Shown piece after piece: positions 20,096 to 31,094 of a stretch of DNA of 64,000 nucleotides. Where the stretch lies: positions 1 through 64,000 of IMG/VR virus record IMGVR_UViG_3300023179_000021; one strand, 5' to 3'. The notes beneath the pieces were generated by a model, which saw only the letters and a list, made by a program, of their open reading frames with translations, searched no databases and was not told the DNA's origin. The translations under genes and the position numbers were made by a program. Source of the DNA: a virus. How positions within the stretch are numbered: position 1 is the stretch's first letter; each line of letters begins with the position of its first letter.

Positions 20096-23000
20096 ATGGC
20101 GCTTAATACCAATTTTAATGTGAATCCATATTATGAGGACTTTGATGAAGCAAAAAAATACCTTCGTTTACTTTTTAAACCAGGTTTTGCTGTACAAGCT
20201 CGTGAATTAACTCAAATACAGACAATACTGCAAAAACAAGTAGAACGTTTTGGTAATCATATATTTCAAAATGGTTCGGTTGTTACAGGAGGTCAATTTT
20301 TTTTACAAGATGCTACATATCTAAAACTTGATTCTGTATATGGTGCAACAGATGTAGTTGCTAATAATTTTATTGGTAAAACTATATTATCAAGTGATGA
20401 AACAAAACGAGCACAAGTCATTAAAGCTTATGCTACCGACGTTGGCACAGGCGATCCAATTACATTAATGGTGAAACAGATTTATGGTTCAGCATTTATA
20501 CCGTCAGAAACAATTAAAACCAGTGAAGTTTCTCCATCATTTGCAAATATCTCAACATCTGGCGTAGGAACAGGCCAAACGTTTTCTGTTAATGAAGGTG
20601 TTTTTTATTACGATGGTTTCTTTATACAAAATGATGCACAAACTGTAGCAGTTTCGAAATATACAAACACTACAGCAAATGCCAGAATTGGTTTTGAAAT
20701 CACAGAATCTATAGTTACAAACAATTCAGACACTTCTCTTTTAGATCCAGCACAAAATGCATCAAATTATCAAGCACCCGGTGCAGATCGTTATAAAATT
20801 AATTTGGTTTTAGCAACAAGAAGTTTAGCTTCTACAGATGATACACAATTTATTGAATTGGCTCTAGTTGAAGATGGTCAAATTGTTCGTGAAAACAAAT
20901 ATCCAATTTATTCGGTTCTTGAAGACACTTTAGCTCGTAGAACATTTGACGAATCTGGTAACTATACTGTTCGTGATTTTCGTATTTCATTGAACACAAA
21001 TTCTGCGAATTCAGCACAAACCAATATCGTAATGTCTCCAGGAAAAGCTTATGTTTACGGCTATGAGTTTGAAACTAATGGGCCAACAACTATAACAACA
21101 GATAAACCCAGAACAACTGCAAGCGTAGCAAACAAAAGACTTACAGCTGATTATGGTAACTTTGTTTTTACCACAAACCATTTTGGTTCTTTTCCAATTA
21201 ATAGTTTAACCACCGTAGATTTGCATTGTGTTAATACGGCATCGATTAATACAACATCAACAGCTACCATTTCAAATACCAAAATAGGAACCATTCGTGT
21301 TAAATCAATAGCCTATGAATCGGCTTCAAATACATCCAATGGTTCAACGTATGTTTATCGTTCTTATTTGTTTGATGCAAATGTTGGATCAATCACTGGT
21401 ACTGTAAATTCAGCAACATCAACATCTTTAACTCTTGCTAATTCAGTTGCAGGTAATGTATTTTCTACGGTTAATGACGCATACACTGGAGCTAAATTAC
21501 GAATTACAAGTGGTTTAGGCTCAGGTGAAGCACAAAAAATAATTACTGGTTTTACCGGATCAACACAAACAATTAATGTAAGTCCAGCATTTACAACAAC
21601 ACCCAATAATGCATCGATTTTTTCAATTGATTTTGAATTTAATGATGTAGAATCACTGGCTAATTTTAGTTCAACTACAAAAATTGTTGCAGCCGACATT
21701 TCAATTCGTTCAAAAGATTTAGCAACAACTTATGATGATGTTTATATTTCTGATGCAGCACTAGAGCCACTTATTTTTCGTTTAGGCCAAGAATATGTTG
21801 CAAACAGTACAATTGCTGATTTATCTTTTTCATATAAGAGGCTTTATGCATCACAATCATTTAGTGCAAACGATTCGCCAGCTTTAACTCTTGGTACTGG
21901 CGAAGATATTGCTTCAGCTACATCATCATCTGCTAAAGCTGAAAATTATTATATTGTTGTAACGTCTGCTGGCACTTCACCATATTCTGTTGGCCAAGTT
22001 ATTCCAGTTGATAAATTTTCTGTGAGTACCGGCACTAAAAAGGTTACGGTCACCAATGGTGGAAATATGACTGCCAATATCATTGCTACAATTGATGTTT
22101 CTACAATATCACAAAAAAATAAAACATATGTTACCAAGAATACAACAATTCAAACTGCATCAAGTTCAGATCGTATTGATGTTTTTGGAAATTCTGCACT
22201 TTTTATTTTTCCATCAAATGGCCAATGTCATATTGCAAACACTTTTGTAAAAAAAGTGCCCGGACAAATTCAATCTTTGTTTATGTCGGACATTATTGAA
22301 ATCACAAGTATTTTAGATTTTGGCAGTAATGGAATATCACAAGCAAATTCCACATATGCTTCAAATGTCACAACAAAATATACGTTTAATAATGGCCAAA
22401 AAGATTCTTTTTATGACCATTCATTTATTAAATTAAACCCCGGACAAAGTGCTCCATCTGGCAATATTGTGGTATTTTTCAATCGCTTTACTTCATCTGG
22501 CGCTGGGTTTTTCACTGTAGATTCTTATTCGGGCATAGCCTATGGCGATATTCCAATATATTCATCACCAACAAATAATTCTCTTTATAATTTAAGAGAT
22601 TGTTTAGATTTTCGTCCGGTTCGCTCTGATGCTGCAGCTTCTGGCGGTAGTGCTGTGGTTTTTGATGTAACGCCCGCAACAACTGGTCCAAAAATTCCAG
22701 AAAATGGTTCTGATATAGTTTTAGATTATCAGTATTATTTGCCAAGAGTTGATAAAATTGTTCTTGATAAAACAAAAAAATTTGAAATTATTAAAGGAGT
22801 GCCTTCGCTAACTCCTTTACCACCAAACGATTCATCTACAGGAATGACTTTGTTTATTTTAAGTTATTCTCCTTATCTCGATGATATAAAAGATGTAAAT
22901 ATACAAGGTATTAATCATCGCCGTTATACAATGCGTGACATTGGAAGTCTTGAATCTAGAATTGAAAATCTTGAATATTATACCTCATTAAGTTTGCTCG

Positions 23001-26000
23001 AACAAGATGCTTTAGCAAAACAAGATTTAACTATTTTAGATAATCAAAATATTGAAAGATTTAAAAATGGAATCGTTGTTGATTCATTTAAAGGGCATTC
23101 GGTTGCTGATGTTACAAATGATGATTACGAAGCTTCAATTGATACTGTAAATAAAGAACTAAGGCCATCATACAATATTTCTGCACATACTTTAACCTTT
23201 GATTCGGCTAATTCTTCAAACTTTACAAGAACTGGTTCATTAGTTACTGCAAATTCTACGCCACTTACGTTTATCGATCAACCAAAAGCTTCAAAATCTA
23301 TAAATGTAAACCCCTTTAATGTCATCAATTATCTTGGCAAATTAAAACTTAGCCCATCATCAGATATTTGGGTTGACGAAAATACCGCGCCCGATGTTTT
23401 AATTAACATTGGAGGTGATCGTGATGCTTGGCAATTAATTACGGATCGACTTCCGGTTGGTTATGAATGGAATTCTTGGCAAACAATTTGGACTGGAAAC
23501 GATGTAAGTAGTTCTCAAGCTTGGCAAGGCCGAAATTTAGTAGAAACAACCACTGTAACAACAAATCAAGGTCAAACAAGAAGCGGTATTATTTCAAGAG
23601 TTGTACCACAAACAATTACACAATCAATTGGTGATCGTGTGGTCGATGTTTCAATTGTTCCTTTTATGAGAACAATTAATATTCTTTTTGTTGGAACTGA
23701 TTTTAAACCAAACACAGCTCTTTATCCGTTTTTTGACGGAACTTCGATAGATAATTATGTTGGCGACCGTGTAAACAAATATTTTTTGACATCCAATAAT
23801 ATTGGATTTAATGTTAATTATAGCAATCCAGAAGTTATAACAGTTAGAGATAAATCAAATTCATCAAATGTTGCGAACGGTGTAGTTGTTCACACATCAA
23901 ATAATATTGTATATTTGACAAATATGGTCATCAATACAGCATTTAACTTCTCTACTGTAAATGTTGCCAATTTACAACTTATTGGCGATCAAACGGCTTT
24001 AACATACAATGTTGCATCTTATGAACACAACGGCGGAAACGTAAACACAGCTACTGCTAATACTGTAACACTTCGTCTTGATGCTCTTAATGCTAGCAAT
24101 CAAAACACAATTAACGGTTCAGTTCTTTTTATTACGCAAGGCACTGGTGCTGGTCAAAATGCTACAATTATTGCTTATAATACATCAACAAGAGTAGCCA
24201 ATATTTCTGGAACATGGTCAACAACACCAGATGCAACATCACAATACGGTATTGGTCGTATAACAACTGATCCAGCTGGTTCTATTGTGGGCATTTTTAC
24301 AATTCCAAGTGGAACATTTAGAGTAGGTGAAAAACAATTTCGTTTAACTGATACATCAACGGGTGATATTCCAAGTTCTTCAACAAACGGCGATACATCA
24401 TTTTTCGCACAGGGTGTTTTACAAACAAAACAAGAAACAATTCTTTCGGTTGTTTCACCTACAATACAAAGAACAGCCGTAAGTGACAGTCGTGTAATTA
24501 CAAACAGCACAAGTTCTACTCGTGTCATTCAAACAATTAATTGGTCTGACCCATTATCACAAACATTTTTAATTAGCCCACAACAATACCCACAGGGCTT
24601 ATTTTTATCTAAAATTAGGTTATGTTTTAAAACAAAAGATGATACTGTTCCTATTACATTACAAATTCGTCCAACAGTAAATGGTTATCCATCAAGTTCA
24701 GTTGTTTATCCATTTTCTACTGTATCTTTAACACCAGATAAAGTTAAAACATCTGCAAGTCCAGACATGGATAATGTAAATAAATATACTGAATTTGTTT
24801 TTGATGCGCCGGTTTATTTACAACCGGGTGAACATTCTTTTGTTCTTCTTGCTAATTCAAACAAATATGAAGCTTATATTGCTGAAATTGGTAAATTAGA
24901 CATTGTATCTGGCCGACAAATTTCTGAACAACCTTATGGTGGTTCATTGTTTTTGTCGCAAAATGGCTCAACGTGGAGCGCCGATCAAACTTCTGATATG
25001 ATGTTTCGTTTATATCGTAATAGTTATAATACAAATTCAGTTACGGCACAATTTTTAGTTAATAAACCAGCTACAAATGTGCCCTATGAAGTTGCACATT
25101 TAATTACTTCAGATGTAACTGTTGCAAATACTTCATTATCTTATCGATTTAATTCACAAAAAGCTGACGGCTCTGGTTTTGCCGGTCTTACATCGATTAC
25201 GCCATTGAAAAATTTTGAAATCACTGACGGTATTGGCAGAATTCTTAATTCAACATTAAATACAACATTTACTCTTGTTGGCACAATGTCAACTTTAAGT
25301 GATGATGTTACACCAATGATTGATATTTCTCGTGTGGCTGTTCTTGCAATTGAAAATAAAATTAATAATCTTGGTCTTTCAAATACTGACATTGTAATTT
25401 CAAATGTTGGCTCAGGTTATGCTAATTCTTCGGATATTACCGTTACAATTTCCGGTGGCGGTGGTTCGGGTGCTACGGCTGTGGCCAATGTTGTTTCAAA
25501 TACCGTGAATGCTGTTTACATTACAGCTGCAGGTTCTGGTTACATAAGTTCACCGACAATTACATTAACACCCGGCTCTGGTGGTGGTACTAATGCAGCT
25601 GTATCTTACATTGGTGAAACTGAAAAATCTGGCGGCAACGGAAGAGCAAAATACATTACTCGTCGTGTAACTTTGGCCGATGGCTTTGATTCTGGCGACC
25701 TTCGTGTTTACCTTCGCGCTAATAAACCATCGGGTACCAACCTTTTCGTTTATTATAAGATTCTTTCGGCTTCAGATCCGGAAACATTTGATGATAAAAG
25801 TTACCAATTAATGACAGAACTTGGAAATGCTAACTTTGTGTCGCTAAATGAAAATGATTATCGTGAATTGGTGTTTGCACCAGGTATTAATGGTATTGCA
25901 AATAATTCTGTTTCTTATACAACTAGCGGCACAGCATTTACAACATTTAGAACTTTCGCTATTAAGATTGTGATGACCAGTTCAAACACTGGTATTGTTC

Positions 26001-26044
26001 CTAAAATTCGTGATTTCAGAGCAATAGCTTTACCTGCAGGATAG
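20096..26044 (+). CDS. Large virion structural protein (VrlC/DUF4815-like)
   Basis: [25 protein letters not shown]; APGADR; [24 protein letters not shown]; DPLSQTF. Confidence 0.85.
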   Translation: MALNTNFNVNPYYEDFDEAKKYLRLLFKPGFAVQARELTQIQTILQKQVERFGNHIFQNGSVVTGGQFFLQDATYLKLDSVYGATDVVANNFIGKTILSSDETKRAQVIKAYATDVGTGDPITLMVKQIYGSAFIPSETIKTSEVSPSFANISTSGVGTGQTFSVNEGVFYYDGFFIQNDAQTVAVSKYTNTTANARIGFEITESIVTNNSDTSLLDPAQNASNYQAPGADRYKINLVLATRSLASTDDTQFIELALVEDGQIVRENKYPIYSVLEDTLARRTFDESGNYTVRDFRISLNTNSANSAQTNIVMSPGKAYVYGYEFETNGPTTITTDKPRTTASVANKRLTADYGNFVFTTNHFGSFPINSLTTVDLHCVNTASINTTSTATISNTKIGTIRVKSIAYESASNTSNGSTYVYRSYLFDANVGSITGTVNSATSTSLTLANSVAGNVFSTVNDAYTGAKLRITSGLGSGEAQKIITGFTGSTQTINVSPAFTTTPNNASIFSIDFEFNDVESLANFSSTTKIVAADISIRSKDLATTYDDVYISDAALEPLIFRLGQEYVANSTIADLSFSYKRLYASQSFSANDSPALTLGTGEDIASATSSSAKAENYYIVVTSAGTSPYSVGQVIPVDKFSVSTGTKKVTVTNGGNMTANIIATIDVSTISQKNKTYVTKNTTIQTASSSDRIDVFGNSALFIFPSNGQCHIANTFVKKVPGQIQSLFMSDIIEITSILDFGSNGISQANSTYASNVTTKYTFNNGQKDSFYDHSFIKLNPGQSAPSGNIVVFFNRFTSSGAGFFTVDSYSGIAYGDIPIYSSPTNNSLYNLRDCLDFRPVRSDAAASGGSAVVFDVTPATTGPKIPENGSDIVLDYQYYLPRVDKIVLDKTKKFEIIKGVPSLTPLPPNDSSTGMTLFILSYSPYLDDIKDVNIQGINHRRYTMRDIGSLESRIENLEYYTSLSLLEQDALAKQDLTILDNQNIERFKNGIVVDSFKGHSVADVTNDDYEASIDTVNKELRPSYNISAHTLTFDSANSSNFTRTGSLVTANSTPLTFIDQPKASKSINVNPFNVINYLGKLKLSPSSDIWVDENTAPDVLINIGGDRDAWQLITDRLPVGYEWNSWQTIWTGNDVSSSQAWQGRNLVETTTVTTNQGQTRSGIISRVVPQTITQSIGDRVVDVSIVPFMRTINILFVGTDFKPNTALYPFFDGTSIDNYVGDRVNKYFLTSNNIGFNVNYSNPEVITVRDKSNSSNVANGVVVHTSNNIVYLTNMVINTAFNFSTVNVANLQLIGDQTALTYNVASYEHNGGNVNTATANTVTLRLDALNASNQNTINGSVLFITQGTGAGQNATIIAYNTSTRVANISGTWSTTPDATSQYGIGRITTDPAGSIVGIFTIPSGTFRVGEKQFRLTDTSTGDIPSSSTNGDTSFFAQGVLQTKQETILSVVSPTIQRTAVSDSRVITNSTSSTRVIQTINWSDPLSQTFLISPQQYPQGLFLSKIRLCFKTKDDTVPITLQIRPTVNGYPSSSVVYPFSTVSLTPDKVKTSASPDMDNVNKYTEFVFDAPVYLQPGEHSFVLLANSNKYEAYIAEIGKLDIVSGRQISEQPYGGSLFLSQNGSTWSADQTSDMMFRLYRNSYNTNSVTAQFLVNKPATNVPYEVAHLITSDVTVANTSLSYRFNSQKADGSGFAGLTSITPLKNFEITDGIGRILNSTLNTTFTLVGTMSTLSDDVTPMIDISRVAVLAIENKINNLGLSNTDIVISNVGSGYANSSDITVTISGGGGSGATAVANVVSNTVNAVYITAAGSGYISSPTITLTPGSGGGTNAAVSYIGETEKSGGNGRAKYITRRVTLADGFDSGDLRVYLRANKPSGTNLFVYYKILSASDPETFDDKSYQLMTELGNANFVSLNENDYRELVFAPGINGIANNSVSYTTSGTAFTTFRTFAIKIVMTSSNTGIVPKIRDFRAIALPAG

Positions 26045-26045
26045 C

Positions 26046-26261
26046 ATGAAACAAGTGCAAATACCTGAAACCTTTTATATTCGTGATGTTCATTCGAAAG
26101 CTATTCTAAATACCGACAAAAAAGGCCTCAATGAATATTTAATGAAAAGAGACATTGCGAAAAAACAAAAAGATGAACAAAACGAAACAAAAGATCGATT
26201 AAAAAAACTAGAACAAGATATACAAGAAATCAAAGAATTACTTTCAAAAATGAGTCGATAA
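26046..26261 (+). CDS. Small coiled-coil hypothetical protein
   Basis: RD..SKAILNTD motif, C-terminal heptads; coupled to neighbours. Confidence 0.7.
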   Translation: MKQVQIPETFYIRDVHSKAILNTDKKGLNEYLMKRDIAKKQKDEQNETKDRLKKLEQDIQEIKELLSKMSR

Positions 26262-27041
26262 ATGGCAATTAATCAAATCAGTACAGCGAATACTTTTGAG
26301 CAATGGTTAATTGCTACTCAGTCACTTATAGCATTTGCCAACTCAATTACCAATGCGGCTCCAGGCGGTACTTTTACATCAAATACTTCAGAGTATATAA
26401 TCACTGGTAATTTAACTCTTGGAAATACAATAACTTGTACTACGGTAAATACAGATGTTATTATTTTTACTGATGGAACAAGGCTATCTTCGAATGTGTC
26501 AATTGTTAATGCTTTTAACAAAGCTAATGCCGCAAATGTTTTAGCGCAGCAAGCTTATGATTATGCAAACACAATTGCTATAAGTGGTGAAATTGCTGGT
26601 GATAATGTTCAAGTTTTATATGCGGTCACTGGAAATAATTTAATAGCGAATGTCTCTATTACAACCAACACACTTACGGGCAATAACATCACCATTGCAA
26701 ACACTGTGACTACCAATAATGTTACTGCTAACTTAGTTACAGCTGTTGACATTAATACAACTTCGGATATAGCCTTAAAAGACAATATTTTAAAGATCAA
26801 TAATTCTTTAGACGTTCTAGAAAAAATTACTGGTTTTACATTTAATTGGAAATCTGATGGTGTTAAATCTTATGGTGTTTCTGCACAAGAGGTCGAAAAA
26901 ATTCTTCCAGAAATTGTAAGAATACGAGATGATGGTTACAAAGGAGTTAATTATTTAAATTTGATAGCATTTTTGATTGAGGCAATAAAAGATTTAAAAA
27001 AAGAAGTATCCGAAATTAAAAAGAATATAAATAAAAAGTAG
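26262..27041 (+). CDS. Fibre protein with C-terminal peptidase S74 intramolecular chaperone
   Basis: TSDIALKDNI..G.TFNWK..GVSAQEVE..LPE.V..VNY..LI..LIEAIKDL. Confidence 0.85.
   Translation: MAINQISTANTFEQWLIATQSLIAFANSITNAAPGGTFTSNTSEYIITGNLTLGNTITCTTVNTDVIIFTDGTRLSSNVSIVNAFNKANAANVLAQQAYDYANTIAISGEIAGDNVQVLYAVTGNNLIANVSITTNTLTGNNITIANTVTTNNVTANLVTAVDINTTSDIALKDNILKINNSLDVLEKITGFTFNWKSDGVKSYGVSAQEVEKILPEIVRIRDDGYKGVNYLNLIAFLIEAIKDLKKEVSEIKKNINKK
27026..27033 (+). promoter_or_regulatory. T4 late promoter TATAAATA at the head of the accessory island
   Basis: Exact consensus. Confidence 0.7.
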
Positions 27042-27104
27042 CCGAGTTCTAGAAAGGAGCGAAGATGGCAACTCATTATCTCTATGTAAAATTTGGAGCG
27101 ATAA

Positions 27105-28010
27105 ATGGCAATTAAGGTAGCCGGGACAGTTGTAATTGATGACTCCCGTGTCGTTTCAAATTTAGGTTCTGCGCTTACAGTTAGCAATGGTGGCACAGGC
27201 GCAGGGTCTTTTACAGCAAACAGTTTACTTGTTGGAAATGCTACTTCATCTTTCCAACTTATAGCACCAGGAACATCTGCGAATGTTCTCACCTCCAACG
27301 GAACAAATTGGTATTCATCGGCTCCTGCAGCTGGTGGCGGTGGTTCTGGTCTTTTCAACACTTCAATTAGCACTGGCGTTGGATATTCATTAACTGACGC
27401 AATGGCCAATGCTTATGCCTCAGCAGCAACAGTCGGTTATCGTTACATTGTTCATTCGATTCATGTCACAAATATCAATGGTTTAAGCGCCGCAAATGTT
27501 TCGGGCCAAATTGTTGGAGGTACAGGGTCATACAGTAGCATCGCTTTTGCTAATACTGTTCCGGTTCCAGCTGGTAGTTCAGTGGAATTATTAAAGGCTC
27601 CAAAAATACTACAACCCGAAGATTACATACAATTACAATCTTCGGTAAGCGGTGATTTACATGCTACATTAACTATTGAAACCTCCACTGATACAAAATA
27701 TTTTGGCGCCGGTATTGATGTTACTTCAGCCACAACATACACACAACTTTATGCAATGACTGCTAATTCTGTTGTTGAAAGTGTATTGTTATCAAATGAC
27801 GATCCTTTGTATGATGTTAAAGTTCGTGTTCTTTGGACTAACGCATCGGATGTAATTCAAGGATATTTAGCTTATGAATTAATTGTACCATCTCAGGCTA
27901 CTGTTGAAATTATTGAAAAACCAAAATTCTTTGAAAGTGGTTATAAAGTTAAAGTTTATTCAAATCAAGCTAATCGTATTGAAGCGATCATTGCAGGAAA
28001 AACGGTTTAA
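27105..28010 (+). CDS. Putative fibre-associated structural protein
   Basis: MAIKVAGTVVIDDSR N-terminus, GGTG motif, two related beta-rich domains. Confidence 0.55.
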   Translation: MAIKVAGTVVIDDSRVVSNLGSALTVSNGGTGAGSFTANSLLVGNATSSFQLIAPGTSANVLTSNGTNWYSSAPAAGGGGSGLFNTSISTGVGYSLTDAMANAYASAATVGYRYIVHSIHVTNINGLSAANVSGQIVGGTGSYSSIAFANTVPVPAGSSVELLKAPKILQPEDYIQLQSSVSGDLHATLTIETSTDTKYFGAGIDVTSATTYTQLYAMTANSVVESVLLSNDDPLYDVKVRVLWTNASDVIQGYLAYELIVPSQATVEIIEKPKFFESGYKVKVYSNQANRIEAIIAGKTV

Positions 28011-28012
28011 TT

Positions 28013-30202
28013 ATGCCAGCAACAACAAAAGGTGCATGGAAATTACAAGAAGTTCGTGATGCTTTGTTAGCCGGCGAATGGGTTTCATATAGCCCTCTTG
28101 GTGATGCCGGTGAATTGTGGGTATGGGGTTTTAATCTTTATGGCCAACTAGGAGACAATACCACAACTAATAGATCCTCTCCAATCCAGATACCAGGTAC
28201 CTCCTGGAATGATATAGCAGGTGGTTGTCAGCATTCCTTCGCTCGTAAAACCGATGGTACCTTATGGTCATGGGGTTATAATTCTTTTGGCTCACTAGGA
28301 GACAATACCACAACTTGTAGATCCTCTCCAGTCCAGATACCAGGTACCTCCTGGAATGATATAGCAGGTGGTAGTGTTCATTCCTTAGCTCGTAAATCCG
28401 ATGGTACTTTATGGTCATGGGGTCGTAATAATAATGGCCAACTAGGAGACAATACCACAACTTCTAGATCCTCTCCAGTCCAGATACCAGGTACCCAATG
28501 GAATGATATAGCAGGTGGTAATAGTCATTCCTTAGCTCGTAAATCTGATGGTACCTTATGGGCATGGGGTCTTAATTCTACTGGCCAACTAGGAGACAAT
28601 ACTGCAACTTGTAGATCCTCTCCAGTCCAGATACCAGGTATCCAATGGAATGATATAGCAGGTGGTAGTCTTCATTCCTTAGCTCGTAAATCTGATGGTA
28701 CCTTATGGGTATGGGGTTGTAATCAATATGGCCAACTAGGAGACAATACCACAACTAATAGATCCTCTCCAGTCCAGATACCAGGTACCCAATGGAATGA
28801 TATAGCAAGTGGTGGTTATCATTCCTTAGCTCGTAAATCCGATGGTACCTTGTGGGTATGGGGTTATAATCCTTTTGGCCAAATAGGAGACAATACCACA
28901 GCTCCTGGATCCTCTCCAGTCCAGATACCAGGTACCCAATGGAATGATATAGCAAGTGGTAATTTTTATTCCTTAGCTCGTAAATCTGATGGTACATTAT
29001 GGTCATGGGGTGCTAATAATTATGGCCAAATAGGAGACAATACCAAAACTTATAGATCCTCTCCAGTCCAGATACCAGGTACCCAATGGAATGATATAGC
29101 AGGTGGTTTTTATCATCCCTTAGCTCGTAAATCTGTAGCTCCTGTTTTTAATGATAATTTAGGATCTACCTTATGGGCATGGGGTCGTAATTCTACTGGC
29201 CAACTAGGAGACAATACCACAACTTGTAGATCCTCTCCAATCCAAATACCAGGTACCCAATGGAATGATATAGCAGGTGGTAATTACCATTCCTTAGCTC
29301 GTAAATCCGATGGTACCTTATGGGCATGGGGTTCTAATTTTTTTGGCCAACTAGGAGACAATACCAGAACTTATAGATCCTCTCCAGTTCAGGTACCAGG
29401 TACCCAATGGAATGATATAGCAGGTGGTAACCATTCCTTAGCTCGTAAAACCGATGGTACCTTATGGGTATGGGGTTGTAATCAATATGGCCAACTAGGA
29501 GACAATACCACAACTAATAGATCCTCTCCAGTCCAGATACCAGGTACCCAATGGAATGATATAGCAAGTGGTGGTTATCATTCCTTCGCTCGTAAATCCG
29601 ATGGTACCTTATGGTCATGGGGTTATAATGCTTTTGGCCAACTAGCAGACAATACCAGAACTTGTAGATCCTCTCCAGTCCAGGTACCAGGTACCCAATG
29701 GAATGATATAGCAAGTGGTAATTTTTATTCCTTAGCTCGTAAATCTGATGGTACATTATGGTCATGGGGTGCTAATAATTATGGCCAAATAGGAGACAAT
29801 ACCACAACTTGTAGATCCTCTCCAGTCCAGATACCAGGTACCCAATGGAATGATATAGAAGGTGGTTGTAACCATTCTTTAGCTCGTAAATCCGATGGTA
29901 CCTTATGGTCATGGGGTTATAATCTTTATGGCCAACTAGGAGACAATACCACAACTTGTAGATCCTCTCCAATCCAGATACCAGGTACCCAATGGAATGA
30001 TATAGCAGGTGGTGGTAACCATTCTTTAGCTCGTAAATCTGATGGTACCTTATGGGTATGGGGTCGTAATAATTGTGGCCAACTAGGAGACAATACCACA
30101 ACTTATAGATCCTCTCCAGTCCAGGTACCAGGTACCCAATGGAATGATATAGCAAGTGGTAATAGTCACTCTTTAGCCATCAAATACAATAATACCGCTT
30201 AA
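28013..30202 (+). CDS. RCC1/BLIP-II-type repeat protein 1 (2 x 7 blades)
   Basis: 14 repeats of ~49 aa: LWxWGxNxxGQLGDNTTTxRSSPVQIPGTQWNDIAGGxxHSLARKSDGT. Confidence 0.92.
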   Translation: MPATTKGAWKLQEVRDALLAGEWVSYSPLGDAGELWVWGFNLYGQLGDNTTTNRSSPIQIPGTSWNDIAGGCQHSFARKTDGTLWSWGYNSFGSLGDNTTTCRSSPVQIPGTSWNDIAGGSVHSLARKSDGTLWSWGRNNNGQLGDNTTTSRSSPVQIPGTQWNDIAGGNSHSLARKSDGTLWAWGLNSTGQLGDNTATCRSSPVQIPGIQWNDIAGGSLHSLARKSDGTLWVWGCNQYGQLGDNTTTNRSSPVQIPGTQWNDIASGGYHSLARKSDGTLWVWGYNPFGQIGDNTTAPGSSPVQIPGTQWNDIASGNFYSLARKSDGTLWSWGANNYGQIGDNTKTYRSSPVQIPGTQWNDIAGGFYHPLARKSVAPVFNDNLGSTLWAWGRNSTGQLGDNTTTCRSSPIQIPGTQWNDIAGGNYHSLARKSDGTLWAWGSNFFGQLGDNTRTYRSSPVQVPGTQWNDIAGGNHSLARKTDGTLWVWGCNQYGQLGDNTTTNRSSPVQIPGTQWNDIASGGYHSFARKSDGTLWSWGYNAFGQLADNTRTCRSSPVQVPGTQWNDIASGNFYSLARKSDGTLWSWGANNYGQIGDNTTTCRSSPVQIPGTQWNDIEGGCNHSLARKSDGTLWSWGYNLYGQLGDNTTTCRSSPIQIPGTQWNDIAGGGNHSLARKSDGTLWVWGRNNCGQLGDNTTTYRSSPVQVPGTQWNDIASGNSHSLAIKYNNTA
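28112..30183 (+). repeat. 147-bp coding tandem repeat, 14 units in two blocks of 7
   Basis: Near-identical nucleotide units with a short linker at ~29133-29165. Confidence 0.92.
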
Positions 30203-30218
30203 CTTTTAACAAACAATT

Positions 30219-31094
30219 ATGAGATATTTCAAATTCACACAAATCTCCGGCGAAACAGGACGATCATGGGCTTTTGCTCAACCAGTTTCGGGACCTTCGT
30301 TTCCAAACCTTCCTGGAATCACCAATATTATTAAACTTGACCATGATTCTTTTTATTACGTCGGTGAGATTTCTGGTGAGACTGATATTCCCACCATCCA
30401 GGAATACCAAGATGCTATTAGTTACTTAGCTGATGAAAACAATAGACCTCAACGAACACCCGATCAACCACTTATTCCTGAAGTTCCTGAAGATTCTCCA
30501 TGGCGTGTCGCAGAAAGAACCGCAAATAGGTATCAAAATTATGTAAACAATGGCAACCTTTGCTTTGAAATAACATTCGAAGAATATGCACAAGAACTGG
30601 AAAAAACAGTTACATTCCATATCAACAAACGAAAGGCCACAATTTATGATGAAGAGAAATCCTTTCGCCAATCAATCTTTTCTAAATACGATGAAACAGC
30701 CGCTATCGCTGGAATTTATAAGTATCAGGAAGCCCTTGAATTGTTAGCCAATGAAAATGCCTTAGCTCCACAAGTACGCCAAGAAGCAACCATTCGTGGT
30801 GTTTCACCAAGTGTTATGGCTACAAGAATTAAAGACAATCACGAAAGTTTTAGAACCAAAGAAACTAAGATTGCAGGTATTCGAGGTTTAATTCAAGATA
30901 GGTTAAATAATTTTGTGTTTGATGTAAATGATGCTGTGGGATCCTATAATGAATTTTATTCTTTGGATATCATAGGTACACGAACAGAAATGCGTCTTAA
31001 CCCAGAAGCACCCGGTGAACAAATTGAAACCACTGTGAATATAACTGTACCTAAGTATGAATTGGCATTAGAACAAAGATTCTATCAGACATGA
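30219..31094 (+). CDS. Hypothetical protein, possibly a tail-fibre assembly chaperone
   Basis: EA.IRGV....MA.RI...H..F....IAGIR helical motif reminiscent of fibre assembly proteins. Confidence 0.45.
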   Translation: MRYFKFTQISGETGRSWAFAQPVSGPSFPNLPGITNIIKLDHDSFYYVGEISGETDIPTIQEYQDAISYLADENNRPQRTPDQPLIPEVPEDSPWRVAERTANRYQNYVNNGNLCFEITFEEYAQELEKTVTFHINKRKATIYDEEKSFRQSIFSKYDETAAIAGIYKYQEALELLANENALAPQVRQEATIRGVSPSVMATRIKDNHESFRTKETKIAGIRGLIQDRLNNFVFDVNDAVGSYNEFYSLDIIGTRTEMRLNPEAPGEQIETTVNITVPKYELALEQRFYQT

